Of a DNA stretch of 64,000 bases, positions 1 through 10,989 are shown piece after piece. Position 1 is the stretch's first letter; the number at the start of each line of letters is the position of its first letter. The notes beneath the pieces are model-generated. The model worked only from the letters and a program-made list of their open reading frames with translations, was not told the DNA's origin and did not search any database. Source of the stretch: Paramoeba atlantica (Eukaryota > Protista > Discosea); contig CDRNVI010000028.1 of NCBI GenBank assembly GCA_977017575.1, forward strand, positions 1-64,000, read 5' to 3'. A program made the translations under genes and the position numbers.

Positions 1-232
1 AAATCACTCGCAGGCATGAATGAAAGCCTACCGAACGTATTGGGTAGAGAATGCGACTCCAACCATACCATTCTTTCGACACAAAAATGCCCCTTTAGGT
101 CCGAAAAATACTTTTTCACCTTTTTTAGTCAAAAATGGGTCATTTTGGGGGGCGCACCACAGTTCGAAGAAGTGATACCTTGCGAAAACAACTGCGTAGA
201 AAGCTAGTGTAGGTCCCAAACTATCAAAATAC
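1..232. repeat. Dispersed repeat, inverted copy of 25852-26093
   Basis: The reverse complement aligns to ~25852-26093 (e.g. aaaatgacccatttttgactaaaaaaggtgaaaaagtatttttcggac). The spurious ORFs 28..234(-) and 25867..26058(+) are near-identical. Confidence 0.85.
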
Positions 233-269
233 AATAGGGGAAACGATTTTGGAAAAATATTTTTTTTGT

Positions 270-685
270 CATTTTTTTCGCCAAGTTGAAATTTTTTTCA
301 AAAATTTTTTTCCGAAAAAATCCGAACTTGGCGGACCCGTCCTGCGGATACGCGGGGGGGTCACCCCCGGGTAGGGGGGTGGAAAATGCGCGCCAAGACC
401 CCGGCTACCCTTTCTGCGGTTTTTTTTCGAAAACTAATTTTTTCGAAAAAATTTGCTCGACCATGACCCCCCCCTGGACCCCCCCCCTGGATCCCCCCCC
501 TGGACCCCCCCCATGGACCCCCCTTTTTTTTCAAATTTTTTTTTCAGTTTTGGACCACCGGAGCCCCCTTTTATATTTTTTTCTTCTCTTATATTACTGT
601 GTTCCTCTTTATTTTTTCACTGTTTTTGTTCACTTTTTTTTCAATAATCGAGTGTAGAGCGGTAGTTTTACAACCACCGCAATAT
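270..685. mobile_element. Dispersed repeat family A (unclassified non-autonomous element)
   Basis: Homologous, inverted copies at ~41585-41670 plus 42540-42760 (split by a Tc1 remnant) and at ~43790-43960. Shared blocks include tggaccaccggagccc and the terminal gagcggtagttttacaaccaccgc. Has internal (ccccccctgga)n repeats. Confidence 0.7.
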
Positions 686-899
686 ATACTGTATAATCAA
701 ATAAATATGCAATATACTATTTTATAATAGGTATATAAATATGCTTAGAATCAAAAATAAGGATGGACGGAATGACTTTGTTGCACACAAATGTTGTGTG
801 ATACATCTCCGTAGTCGGTATTTCGCACAATGCTAAACTACATACTAAGCACCGTACCATTAGGGTGAGGTAGCGTAGTTGGTAAGAACACAAAGTTAA

Positions 900-1186
900 C
901 ACCCTGGAGTAAGTGGCTTGTAAGTTAAGGGGGGGTACATTAAAGGGGGGGTCACAGTACATGTACTATTACAATTGTAGTTACAGTACATGTACTATGC
1001 CCCCCCCCCCCCCCAATAATTTGCAAAAAAATAGGTACGCTTTTTGGTTGTAGCCTACAATTGAGGGGCTGCGGGTGAGGCCCAATATGAGATCACGCGA
1101 GATCACGTGAGATCATACGAGATCACGTGAGATCATACCCGCAGCCCCTCAATTGTAACCCAATTGTAAGCCACTTACTCCAGGGT
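900..1186. repeat. 20-bp inverted repeat enclosing nested element ends
   Basis: caccctggagtaagtggctt (900-919) and aagccacttactccagggtg (1167-1186) enclose a TIR end (taaagggggggtcacag|TA, ending at 957) and the 1056-1157 mini-element. Confidence 0.6.
1056..1157. mobile_element. 102-bp palindromic mini-element with internal 10-bp tandem repeats
   Basis: Perfect 21-bp inverted ends tacaattgaggggctgcgggt / acccgcagcccctcaattgta enclose about 5 copies of GAGATCA(C/T)(G/A)(C/T). Partial inverted copies at 1645-1693 and 5243-5320. Confidence 0.8.
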
Positions 1187-1329
1187 GCGAAAGTTTGGAG
1201 CAGATGATCTCAGACGTCGAGTTCGAATCCCGACTATCGTATACTACCGGGCGGCCTCACTCTAAGCTGGGCTGATATCCGACTAGGCTCAGTACTCGGA
1301 GGAGCATCCCGGACACACCTCTCAGGAAA

Positions 1330-1660
1330 CCAACTCCCTTACCCGACTTACGCCTCTTGCGTAAGTTGTGTTGACGTACAAGTCGTCGACGCAGCGTGTT
1401 GGTGACAGCACGTTGGTGCGTCCTTGGAAAAGCGGAAACTGGTAGAGGACGTTGACCTCGAAACATGCTTACTTTACAGGCCGTTGATGATGGCCAGAAG
1501 GCCGTCACTCGTGACTCGAGCGAGTCAAACCACAAGTTTCAGAAATCGAGTAAGCATGCGCAGGATTTTGAATACTGACCAAGTGTCGAGTCCGACAAAA
1601 GTGAGACGAACGATATTAACGAACAAAATCCTAGGAATGCAGAAGTATGATCTTGCGTGA
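1330..1660 (+). pseudogene. Degenerate restriction-like endonuclease (RLE) end of a non-LTR retrotransposon
   Basis: With frameshifts and stops it reads PLPDLRL...CVDVQVVDAAC...LEKRK...YRPL...FRNRVS, matching the PD / DVxV / K / FxxRxS pattern of CRE/R2-type RLE domains. Confidence 0.4.
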
Positions 1661-2152
1661 TCTCGTCTTGGGCCTCACTCGCAGCCCCTCAAGTAATGAA
1701 TTTCGAATGAAAAAGACGAACTTCTGAGAAGGGGAGTATCACACCTTAGCAGTTAATTAATTAATTTACTATTAACAAATTAACACAATTAATTTACAAT
1801 TAATTAACAAATTAACTTTCATCCCCATCGCTATTTGCATAGTGAGAGAGTCATCCCTGAGAGAGAGCAACACATTGGAACTCGCATGGGGCTCATGGAA
1901 TGTAGAGTTCGTGCCGTAGGTTCGTGCCGTAATATAATCCGCGCGATTCGCGGACTATATTGCAAGGCGAATTCGGAGCGGGAGGAGTCACTGGGAAGCT
2001 ACCTATTTTTGAGTGGGCATCTATAATACAGTACATAAATGTTTTATAATTTTTCTCAGTATAATCCTAGACAGCTACATGTATCACTAGACAGTTACAC
2101 TGAAATAAGTATATCCCTTACTCTACCCTTACAACTGTTACTTACTACTCTA

Positions 2153-2956
2153 TTAATCTCCCGTATCATCCTCCACAAGCACTATGGCTGTATCTCGCAC
2201 ATCAAAGGCATGCGTACCCACCCATGAGTAGTATTCCACCGCCGGTTTGCCCCAATCCAAGGAACGTGGCAACCGAGATCGACGAACGCTGCCGCACAAC
2301 CCGGAATTGTATCGAGCAGAGAATGCCGTAAGTCTGCTCGGGAGACATTCCAACATGACTTCCCCACTAAAACGATTAGTATCCAGAAACAGGTTCCGCA
2401 AGGATAAGGGGAGTCGGGTCAAATCCAACGACCCGGTAAATTTATTCTCACCTAGATTCACATAGGTGATTTGAGAAGGGAGTTGTGTGAGGATAATTTC
2501 TCCGTGCAGGTGATTGGCATATAGATGTAAAGTTTGCAGAGTTGTGGGCAAATATTGCAGGGCTACGGTACCTTGTAGACGACGAGTACTCCATGCCATA
2601 GAGACAACATGAGGGAAGGAACGACAGTGTACACCATCCCATTGGCAAGCCGGAGTTTCTGTATTCCACGAACGATGCAGATCGTCTATTCCTCCAACCA
2701 CTCGCGTCAGATCGTACTCCTGCGGCAGAGATGCACCTCGAACTTTTCCTTTTCGAATAGATGAAACATCCGCGAATGTCAGAAGGTTGGAGACGCGAAC
2801 GCCGCGAACAATGTTTTCATCAGTTTTCATGTTCAGTGATACTACGATAGATTTACATATAAAAAACATTTCTTTTTCTATTTTAGTGCTCCCTGTCAAA
2901 GAGATGGGATTCACTGGTAAAAGTGCCAACACGCTCTGGTGGCAAGCGTGTTTCAC
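2153..2956 (-). CDS. LRR family protein (23-aa LPxxLxxLxLxxNxxxG repeats)
   Basis: GKVRGASLPQEYDL, then a WxxxxPACxWxGVxC cap and 4-5 LRRs. The true start may be downstream of 2956. Confidence 0.85.
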   Translation of the reverse strand: MKHACHQSVLALLPVNPISLTGSTKIEKEMFFICKSIVVSLNMKTDENIVRGVRVSNLLTFADVSSIRKGKVRGASLPQEYDLTRVVGGIDDLHRSWNTETPACQWDGVHCRSFPHVVSMAWSTRRLQGTVALQYLPTTLQTLHLYANHLHGEIILTQLPSQITYVNLGENKFTGSLDLTRLPLSLRNLFLDTNRFSGEVMLECLPSRLTAFSARYNSGLCGSVRRSRLPRSLDWGKPAVEYYSWVGTHAFDVRDTAIVLVEDDTGD

Positions 2957-3151
2957 GTTTCTTTTGAAAACTTTTTAAAAAAGAGATTGTACCGAAGAAA
3001 AAACGAAACAATATTTCTGTAGAGCACTAAAGTAGTATGTGAAATTTGAAAACATATTTACAATGTTAGCTATTCCGAACCTTAGGCTGTCAGTTATTTC
3101 CAAACTTATTGAGTTCAGTGTAAGATGTATGTCATCGTTTTTCGTACTTAG

Positions 3152-4222
3152 TTAATTATTGTCCTCCACCGCACTCTCTGCTCCGTGCGGAAGCAAGTGT
3201 TGCAATAGAGTGACTGTTTGCTGATTTACTCTCGCACGTAAAAGACGCATATTGTTTTGAAGCAGAAAATCATTTTCAGGACTGCGAGTGACATTAAGTA
3301 GTCCATTCGTAGAAGCGCAGCCTTCTTTTTCTAGTGTAGCTTGAGTTTCCATATCATTAAACTGTTCGTGAGGCCCAGTATTACTCAAGACTTGGATGTT
3401 GTGTTCGAAAGAATACATTTTTGTTTCGTCGACTAGAGCATCTTGCCTTAAAGACGTTTTCACTTCCAAAGAAGACTGCGGCGTGTCGTCTTCCGTTAAA
3501 AAACTCTGTTGAACACATATTTTGGGCAACGGAAAAAATATTCTAGGAATTTCATTCGTTGCAGAAAAATGACCTCGCACCATAGACTTGCCTGTTCTAT
3601 TGCCTGGCATTATTCCGTCTTCCGGAGCGGTGTTGGTCAATAGATTCTCTATACAAATCTGGGGTGTTTTTTGCGAAAGAGAACTTTTAATGTATGGGGT
3701 TGATTTTTCTTGAGATTTAAGAAAGCAATTCGCTACTAAAATATCGCCACACAATGTGTGGAAAAGTGTTCCTTGGTTCGAGTGATGTATATAATCTTTG
3801 AGTATTGCAGATTGTTGACGAAGTGTACCTTGAAAATCCTCGCAGAGCATTTTAAAAATACTCTCTTTATCAATACTTCGAAGAAGTGGTTCTGCTTCTG
3901 CTTCGTACGCGGCTATCTTTCCTTGCCTTTTCTCTAAAGTGGCGTCAAGACGAGTTCTTAACACATTGTTCTTGTTCTGCATAATCTGGAGGCGTGCTTC
4001 TCGATCTTCCTTGAGAAGAGAAAGCGTTTCCTGAAGACGCGTAACCTTTCGATCGGATTTGATACTTCCTTCCATCGCATTGTTGACGCGACCCCATATC
4101 TCTTCGTACATGCCTAAAATTCTCTGAAAGAATGGCTCCATAATTAAAACAATTCTTCGTAGTTGGATTTGTTCATTGACAGAAAAAATATTTTTTTTGT
4201 TCCTAAAACTAAGAATGAACAC
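3152..4222 (-). CDS. Hypothetical protein with N-terminal coiled coil
   Basis: 356-aa ORF on the gene-bearing strand with a heptad-like segment (RKVTRLQETLSLLKEDREARLQIMQNKNNVLRTRLDATLEK). Likely start MEPFFQ at 4141. Confidence 0.55.
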   Translation of the reverse strand: MFILSFRNKKNIFSVNEQIQLRRIVLIMEPFFQRILGMYEEIWGRVNNAMEGSIKSDRKVTRLQETLSLLKEDREARLQIMQNKNNVLRTRLDATLEKRQGKIAAYEAEAEPLLRSIDKESIFKMLCEDFQGTLRQQSAILKDYIHHSNQGTLFHTLCGDILVANCFLKSQEKSTPYIKSSLSQKTPQICIENLLTNTAPEDGIMPGNRTGKSMVRGHFSATNEIPRIFFPLPKICVQQSFLTEDDTPQSSLEVKTSLRQDALVDETKMYSFEHNIQVLSNTGPHEQFNDMETQATLEKEGCASTNGLLNVTRSPENDFLLQNNMRLLRARVNQQTVTLLQHLLPHGAESAVEDNN

Positions 4223-4697
4223 CGATCATTCAATTGCGATTCAAAAGAGCTAACCATTCCTAGATTGTATTTACTAAAGCGGTCCACGTACGTAGAGCTA
4301 AATATGCAGCTCGCAAAAAATACTATTGCAAACTAAGAATGCTTTTTTTATTAATAGAATTGCGCTTCTTTTCCAATGGGTGGTCAAGGTGGCCTAGGGG
4401 AAAAATTGTTTCCAATCATCCTTCATTACAGTTGACCACCTCAGCACCTTGCCATTCGCAGACAAAGCCAGTTATAAGCACCGACAGGATATAAATCAAG
4501 TGTTCGGATCGTTCCCGACCCTTTCGAGAACCTCTCGCTGGCCAAATAAACCATTGCGTCCTCAGTCCCGGCAGTACATCTTCAACAAATCAACAATAAG
4601 TTCTCCCGTCTCTGGCAGCAAGCCCTGGCCAACCGTGCGGAGTGCTTAATGCGGGCAGAGGAATGGAAAGTGGGATGCGCATGAGGTATTTCATCGC

Positions 4698-4926
4698 CCC
4701 AACGAACGCATATTCACTTGTTTATGACGGGACGCAGCAGAGCTCCCGTTGACTCTTTTGCAATCTAGAGAATGTATCATAAAATTGTCGTTTTCGAACG
4801 ATGCACAGTGCGCATGTGGAAAAACATTCGAAAACTGTAATTTTGTGATACATTCTCTGGCTTGCAAAAGAGTCAACGGGAGCTCTGCTGCGTCCCGCCA
4901 CCAACAAGTGAAATACGCGTTCGTTG
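4698..4926. repeat. Fold-back inverted duplication (~100-bp arms, 28-nt loop)
   Basis: 4698-4798 is a diverged reverse complement of 4827-4926. ORFs 4691..4876(-) and 4749..5009(+) both encode HSL(A/D)CKRVNGSSAASRH. Confidence 0.9.
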
Positions 4927-5238
4927 AACTCCTTCGACGTTACGGTTTTCTCCCAGACGTACAGGAGCCACGGTTTTATAGTGGAAAAGGACCCGACCTT
5001 TGTTTCTAGTTGAGGGACAAGTTAGCTCTTCTTGACGTCACCGTGGTAAACCCACTTGCCCATTCCTTTGTCGAGAAGGAAGCGCGAGCTCCGGGTAGCA
5101 CGTTAGAAAGAGTGGAGGTCATGAAAATAGCCAAACATAATGAACTGGCCTCCACCCGTGGTATGCATTTTTCTTTCAGTAGCACTCACTTGTTTCGGCA
5201 TACCGGGCAATGTCACTCTCGATTTCCTCCGGAACTGC
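4800..5238 (+). pseudogene. Non-LTR retrotransposon remnant: CCHC knuckle plus RLE domain (CRE/SLACS-like)
   Basis: CACG...HSLAC (CCHC), RH, EPR...GPDL, LLDVTVVNP, KIAKH and, after a frameshift, VALTCFGIPG..LDFLR. One in-frame stop at 5007-5009. Confidence 0.8.
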
Positions 5239-5538
5239 GGAGTATGATCTCGCGTGATCTCACGTGATCTCGCATGATCTCACATCATCTCGCGTGATCT
5301 CATATTGGGCCTCACCCGCAGTGTATTAGTGTACAATCCAACAGAGGAATGTATGGATGAGTGACGTCCACTGGATGGATGAGTGACGCCTATTTGAAAA
5401 CAAATACCGCGTTTAACGAAGCAACTAAAAAAGAAATTTAATAAATTTTGCAAACATTGTTCGAATTATACTGCGGGCAACCGAGCTAAAAATTTCGTAC
5501 AGAGCAAATTTGATAAGACCTTTTTATGTGGATTAATA

Positions 5539-5826
5539 CTATACCCCGCCTGCTTATGAGTTCCGTCGTTTTGAGAAAAAAGAACTCATAAGCGCATCAG
5601 ACCAGAAATCGGGCCATAAAAATGGCACTAAATAAAATGCCACTAAAATGCCACTAATTAGCTTATCCGCTTAGTGTGCAAGTCTGTACAGCAGCTTTTA
5701 CAGCAGATTTTATATTTACCTCAAAAAAATCCCTTAGCGAAAAGTGGGTGCAAAAACGTTCGCCTTAAAAAAAGGAACTCATAAGCGCACCAGAATTGGG
5801 GGAACTCATAAGCAGGGGGGGTATAG
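5539..5826. mobile_element. MITE, TA target duplication
   Basis: TA|ctataccccgcctgcttatgagttcc ... ggaactcataagcagggggggtatag|TA, with internal gaactcataagc repeats. A related right end lies at 54631-54689. Confidence 0.85.
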
Positions 5827-5830
5827 TAAG

Positions 5831-6559
5831 TTATTTTTCCAATATTTCAGTTCCTTTCCAGTCATACTGTTTAAGGGATGATATCACGCTTTCTGAAACG
5901 ACACCCCTAACCTTAGGATTATTTTGTATAAATAAGCCATTGAGAGTTGTAGGAAATCGCGAAAAATCAATTTCTGTATCAAAATCGTTTCCATCCAAAT
6001 ATAAAAAATCGAGCTTTTCTGGAATACTATCGAAATTCAATGATCCAGTGCATCTGTTATTCGAAATGCCAAAGAAATATAGCTCGGGTGGAAGATTAGT
6101 GAGATCAATGTCAGATGAAAAACGATTGTCCGAGAGGTCAATCATTTTTAACAGAGGGGGCAGAGCATGAAGAGTAACAGATCCAGAAAGCATGTTTGCG
6201 CTCACATCAAATCGATCTAGTCCCGAAGGGAGACAAGTCAGATCAAGTGACCCTTCTAGTTGATTGGAGGAGACATCTAAGTCATTTAAATACGACGGCA
6301 AATATTCCCAGCGCGCCTCCCCGGAAATTCGACGTTCAAACCACTTAATTTTGATAATACGCTCGTCTTTGTCACATTTTACTCCACTCCAACTACAAGC
6401 CGTTGTGCTTGTATTCCAAGAGTTATGTAGATTAAGCATGCTGCGCGTAAACTGTGCGAGTTCATACTCTTGCGGCATTCCTACTCCTCGTGTCTTTCCA
6501 GGACGAGAAATGCAAGAGCGATTCATAGGTAAAATAATTTTTCGCTGATTCAAGTACAC
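5831..6559 (-). CDS. LRR family protein
   Basis: GKTRGVGMPQEYEL, Cys cap, about 6 LRRs. Confidence 0.85.
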   Translation of the reverse strand: MYLNQRKIILPMNRSCISRPGKTRGVGMPQEYELAQFTRSMLNLHNSWNTSTTACSWSGVKCDKDERIIKIKWFERRISGEARWEYLPSYLNDLDVSSNQLEGSLDLTCLPSGLDRFDVSANMLSGSVTLHALPPLLKMIDLSDNRFSSDIDLTNLPPELYFFGISNNRCTGSLNFDSIPEKLDFLYLDGNDFDTEIDFSRFPTTLNGLFIQNNPKVRGVVSESVISSLKQYDWKGTEILEK

Positions 6560-6750
6560 GAAGACAAACTTCTTATAAAATTAGTTGAAAAATGAGCAAA
6601 ATGTTACTGTGACCAGAAAAAATATTTCCGTCAATGTATAACTACCGCTCCAGTAAGCTCTTAGTCTCTAAAAATTGATTTACGAAGGACGAATCTAAAT
6701 TAATCAATTTAAAACTCTATTCCACAAAAAAGCCTTGTCGAGACCCTAGA

Positions 6751-7700
6751 GGGGAAGGTGAAGGAGAATTCGCTTTTTCATAAAAAAATGGGAACTTGCC
6801 TCGGCGTGTACGACAAGAAGGGGCACAAGTTGTCCAGACCATCGTAGTCAAGAAATAACAGCATCAAGGAAATCTTTATGCATGTACCAAACCGTAGTTC
6901 AGAAGCACTCATCCCGAACATTGCAGCACAAGAATGTCTGTTTGGGATGATTATGAGACCACATATGCCGGTTTTGAATATGAATAACATGCGTATCATA
7001 CAGTGATACCAACATGCGTCAGAGTAAAATTTGTAAGATTGTACCTTTCGCCTCGGTAGGGTAACGAATGCTAACGGCTTTTGTATCAAATAGTGAAGGT
7101 ATAGCTTCACGTTGCTGATATTTTGGGCTGACGTCCAGGTCAATGTAACAGAATGGTGATGCTGGGCAAAAAAAAGTGGATATACAGTGGTTTCAAGATA
7201 TCTCCCCCCCCTCCCACGCGGAATTTTGAGTTTTTTATCTGTTTTTTCTCATTTTTGCAGCATTAGATAGATTTCGTTTCTCTGGTGAAGCGCTTTGATG
7301 CACTTTTTTTGTAGGGACCCCCTGGTACCCCCTGGGTCCAAAACACATGGTTTTAGACTTCCTTCCAAGGTTCGCATTTATCAAAAATCTTGTTTTGGCT
7401 GTTTTTCGGGTCGTCATATGAGCACTAGGGGGTCCCTATGAAAAAAAGTGCCAAAGCGCTTCACTAGGGGAACGAGATGTCTCGTTCGCAACAAAGATGA
7501 GCAAAAACGGACAAAAAAACTCAAAATTCCGCGGGGGGGAAGTTCAATTGAAATTTAGCGAAGAAGTATGAAGAGCGAGTGAATAAAGGCGTAAGGAGAT
7601 CATAGAAGCAACGATAAAGACTTTTTTGTATCTTTTTAAAATATTGTTTCGGGAAAACTAATATTTTTTCGGAAAAGGCAAATTTTCCTTCACTTTACCC
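6751..7700 (+). mobile_element. Degenerate Merlin (ISXO2-like) DNA transposon with 8-bp TSD ACCCTAGA
   Basis: ACCCTAGA at 6743-6750 and 7701-7708. Imperfect ~29-bp TIR ggggaaggtgaaggagaattcgctttttc / rc gggtaaagtgaaggaaaatttgccttttc. Remnant translation KEIFMHVPNRSSEALIPNI and YHTV matches ISXO2 VxxRxxxTL..I and HxxVNH. Confidence 0.75.
7185..7541. mobile_element. Tc1-type long-IR MITE nested in the Merlin element
   Basis: Starts TA|cagtggtttcaagatatc. Imperfect ~140-bp inverted arms, right tip missing. A second left end is at 48638-48750. Confidence 0.7.
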
Positions 7701-8174
7701 ACCCTAGACAATAAAAGTTCTCTGAATAGAGCCGATCTAGACTACAAATCTCGTAGTTGTTTGACCCTCAGCACGCAGAGAAACGATTAAACTTTCTCAG
7801 GAGGAAACACGTCAACTTCTTTTCTATTGTTTTTCTTACTTCTCAAAATATTTCAGAACCTGAAGTGTAAACCAACTTGTTTTTTGCGAGGAAAACATTT
7901 GAAAGGTTTTTAACACTTATAACATGCAACACAAGCTTTCGATTCTACGTACTTGTACACGTATATTTTTGTGTCGAAGTATTTTCTGTATACTAACAAT
8001 ACGTATCATACGAATTATAGTTTGACAGCTTGGACGCATTGTAATTCGACTGAAATTGATCAAAAAATGAAAAGAAAAAAAGTTCATGCTATACAATGTA
8101 TGATGTAAATTGTTCAAAATTCGTGTTTCTTATTGAGAATTGATAATTTTTCGATCATTTATCTTGTATTATTC

Positions 8175-9648
8175 TTACTTCCACTTACCTTCATCGTTCC
8201 ACAAGATACCATCACTCACTGAAATTTTCGTACCGCGAACGTCATATCTTAAATATTCCAAATTCCCTCCCACGACCAGCTTTCCTTCTAGCTCCATATT
8301 CCACGATAGATACAAAAGATTTAGCGATGATGGAAGAGAATCTAGAACTACATGACCTTCAAAATAATTATTGGCAATGTGAAGTTCACACAAATTTTGC
8401 GGCAAATGACGAAAGTCAGGGTGGCCGGTGAATCGGTTCATGCAAAGTTGTTTGTTCATACAGGGCAGTACCTGTAGAGATAATTAGGTCGAGCAGGGGT
8501 AAGCGCAATCAACGTTCCCTGCTGGACCTTTTCGCCTTCCGAGGCAACACAGGGAAAAGCGCGGGATATCCTCCCCAGGAAAGCGAAAAGAGAAGGCCTC
8601 ATCGGGATAAGATGTCCCGAGATGTTTTGTAAGCGCAGTGCGCCAGGAAAAATATACGGATTTGTGGGACGCGGATGATATTCCCATCGTACATGCTACA
8701 AATGACTTCCATGGTTCATGATACAACATGGTCAGGGCCATGGATGCATGCTGGCAAATGGAGTCATGGTTCATGAAGCATCATGGGTATCGGGGTCCCA
8801 CAGAATCCGCCACGGCTGGTGAGCAAGAGAGGTGCATAGAACATCCTCTAGAACACGCATACAACGTGTTTGCTCGCCGTGTGGGAGACTTACGGTATGT
8901 GGAAGCCTCCTACGCGCAGAAGTACCGGTGTCGCCGGATAGTGAAGGCACGCCGCGTGGTCCCGTAGTAGGGTCCTGCAGCGCATGGGGACTCGGAACCG
9001 TGTTCCGAGCGGGGTGCTGGGAGATGAGGGAAGGGAGGCGCACCCCTACTTTGCGACAAGAGGGACAGTTCCTCTCCTAGCGCCATCCGGAAACGGGCAT
9101 TGACATTGTAAAAATATGCCCGTTTCCGGGAGAGAAAAGATGAGCTAGGAAAAAAAAGTACCAACAAGGTAAAGAGCGGTCAACTCAGCGGGTAAATTAT
9201 TAAAAGAAACTTCTCCCGACAGTTCGTTTCGATGAACAATAAGCACTTTTAATTCGCTGGATAAATGATCACAATTAAAAACCCCACGGAGATCCATAGA
9301 ATCCCAACTAATATCAATCACCTTTCCTGCTTCATTACATTTTACACCACGCCATTCACATGCGGGTGTACCTGAGCTCCACGTAGCATGAGGATTTTCA
9401 ATGCCATTTACAAGTTGCATCAACTGGTACTCTGTTGGTAAAGAAAGTGCGCCGACTTTGGCAGGACGTGAGACGCCCGACACCGAATCTGTCGCACGAT
9501 ACAAAAACCTCATGGATAGATAAATAAGAAATGTGCAAGGAAAGAGTTTTTTATCTACTACTGAACCACAGTTTTTTAACACGTGATTTAACCACGTCAA
9601 AGCTCCAAGAAAATAGTTGGGAGTAAATACCGGGGGGACAGTTGACAT
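8175..9648 (-). pseudogene. LRR family gene split by a ~680-bp insertion
   Basis: The N-half (9167-9648) has AKVGALSLPTEYQL, the cap and 2 LRRs. The C-half (8175-8487) resumes at LQVLPCMNKQLCMNRFTG. Confidence 0.75.
8487..9167 (+). mobile_element. GC-richer insertion, possibly a tyrosine-recombinase (DIRS-type) remnant
   Basis: Interrupts an LRR gene. Translations include VFARRVGDLRYV (RxxD/E-like) and SAWGLGTVFRAGCW (IxxxGxW-like). Perfect 14-bp stem at 9087-9129. Confidence 0.3.
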
Positions 9649-9786
9649 AACGATTTTTGGGGCCCAAAATAATTTTTTGTGACTTTTTTTTATAATATAC
9701 GAAATTTTTCTTTCGGTGTGGGACTGCTTCCTTTCTGGTCTACGATGCTCTTAGGCCCGGAACCATACACGTTTTCTCTTCTCAGT

Positions 9787-10746
9787 TCAACTTAAGTTCA
9801 AGAGGCTATTTTCTTCATTTAAATTGATGTACGTGATATTAGTTTCAGCGAAACAATAGAAATACATGTATGATACCTTTTCTAAATCCACCTCACCGGT
9901 GAGTTTCGAGTTGTTTGAAACGTTAAGGATCAGCAGAGATTCGGGAAGTGATTTGGAAGTTATCCATCCTTCTAGATCGTTGTCATTCAGGTACAGAGTT
10001 TTCAAATACTTTGGACATGATAATGAACCAAGGTGAATCTCTCCATTGAAGTGATTGTGATCAACGTGAAGCTCGACTAGATTACTTGGAAGTTCTGTCA
10101 AAGTCACCTCGCCGTAAAATTCGTTGTAGGAGAGGTGAATTTCTTCTAGTGAGTTGGGAAGCGAGTCCCACTTCACATCTCCACTTAACACATTTCCATT
10201 CAAGTATAAAGTTACCAAATAGGGAGGAAGGGAAGAAAAGTCTACAACACCCGAAAAATCGTTTTCCTCTAGACGCAAGTGATTCAGCGTATCTGGAAAA
10301 TGAGCGAGATCGGGAGTTCCTTCCAGTTCATTATACGATACCGTAAATTTCTCCAAACCTGGAGGTAACGCCTCGACAACTACGGTGCCACTCAGATAAT
10401 TTTCTTTGAGGTGTATTTCTGTAATTGTCTGTGGCAAGTGACCCCAGAGTAAGGGTCCTTTCAGTGCATATTTACTCCAATTAATTTCATCAATCACGCC
10501 GTCGTAACACACAACTCCGGGCCACTTATCGATGGGTACAGAACTATTCCATTCGGGCAATGGATTCTCCAGACGCGAGATGACTTGCTGCATGGCGAAC
10601 TCAGGGGGTACATTTACGGCTTGAATTCGACCAAGTCGAGTTTTGGTAGATCCCGGTGGAGTTTCCAACTTTTGAACTTCCGTTTGTGATTCCATGCATC
10701 GCTTTTTTTGTGGAGGACTGCTGTCAACAGCTAGAAAAATAAGCAT
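9787..10746 (-). CDS. LRR family protein
   Basis: LGRIQAVNVPPEFAM, WPGVVC cap, about 8 LRRs. Confidence 0.9.
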   Translation of the reverse strand: MLIFLAVDSSPPQKKRCMESQTEVQKLETPPGSTKTRLGRIQAVNVPPEFAMQQVISRLENPLPEWNSSVPIDKWPGVVCYDGVIDEINWSKYALKGPLLWGHLPQTITEIHLKENYLSGTVVVEALPPGLEKFTVSYNELEGTPDLAHFPDTLNHLRLEENDFSGVVDFSSLPPYLVTLYLNGNVLSGDVKWDSLPNSLEEIHLSYNEFYGEVTLTELPSNLVELHVDHNHFNGEIHLGSLSCPKYLKTLYLNDNDLEGWITSKSLPESLLILNVSNNSKLTGEVDLEKVSYMYFYCFAETNITYINLNEENSLLNLS

Positions 10747-10989
10747 GACGAAGCGTAGAAAACTAAATTTGATATGAAGAACCGAACTTGATTAAGTCAC
10801 CACTGGTCTAGAATATTCCCTTACTTGAACGACACTTGTGATACTTTTGGCATTATCACTTGCGACAATCTTGGCAATGGATATACTTGTGATAATTTGG
10901 GTAATGGAATAGAAACATGCTGAAAATCAGCACGGTTTTCGAAAAAAAGTAGTCCCAAAACTGCGTTTAAGTTCAAATTGCCATAAAAG

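Noticed and set aside
853-1235. tRNA/SINE split by an insertion (A-box-like at 861, B-box-like at 1220)
   Set aside because: No cloverleaf can be rebuilt after removing the insert, and there is no TSD. The B-box-like string may be retroelement debris.
6778-7143. 121-aa minus-strand ORF
   Set aside because: It lies inside the TSD-bounded Merlin, antisense to its transposase remnant.
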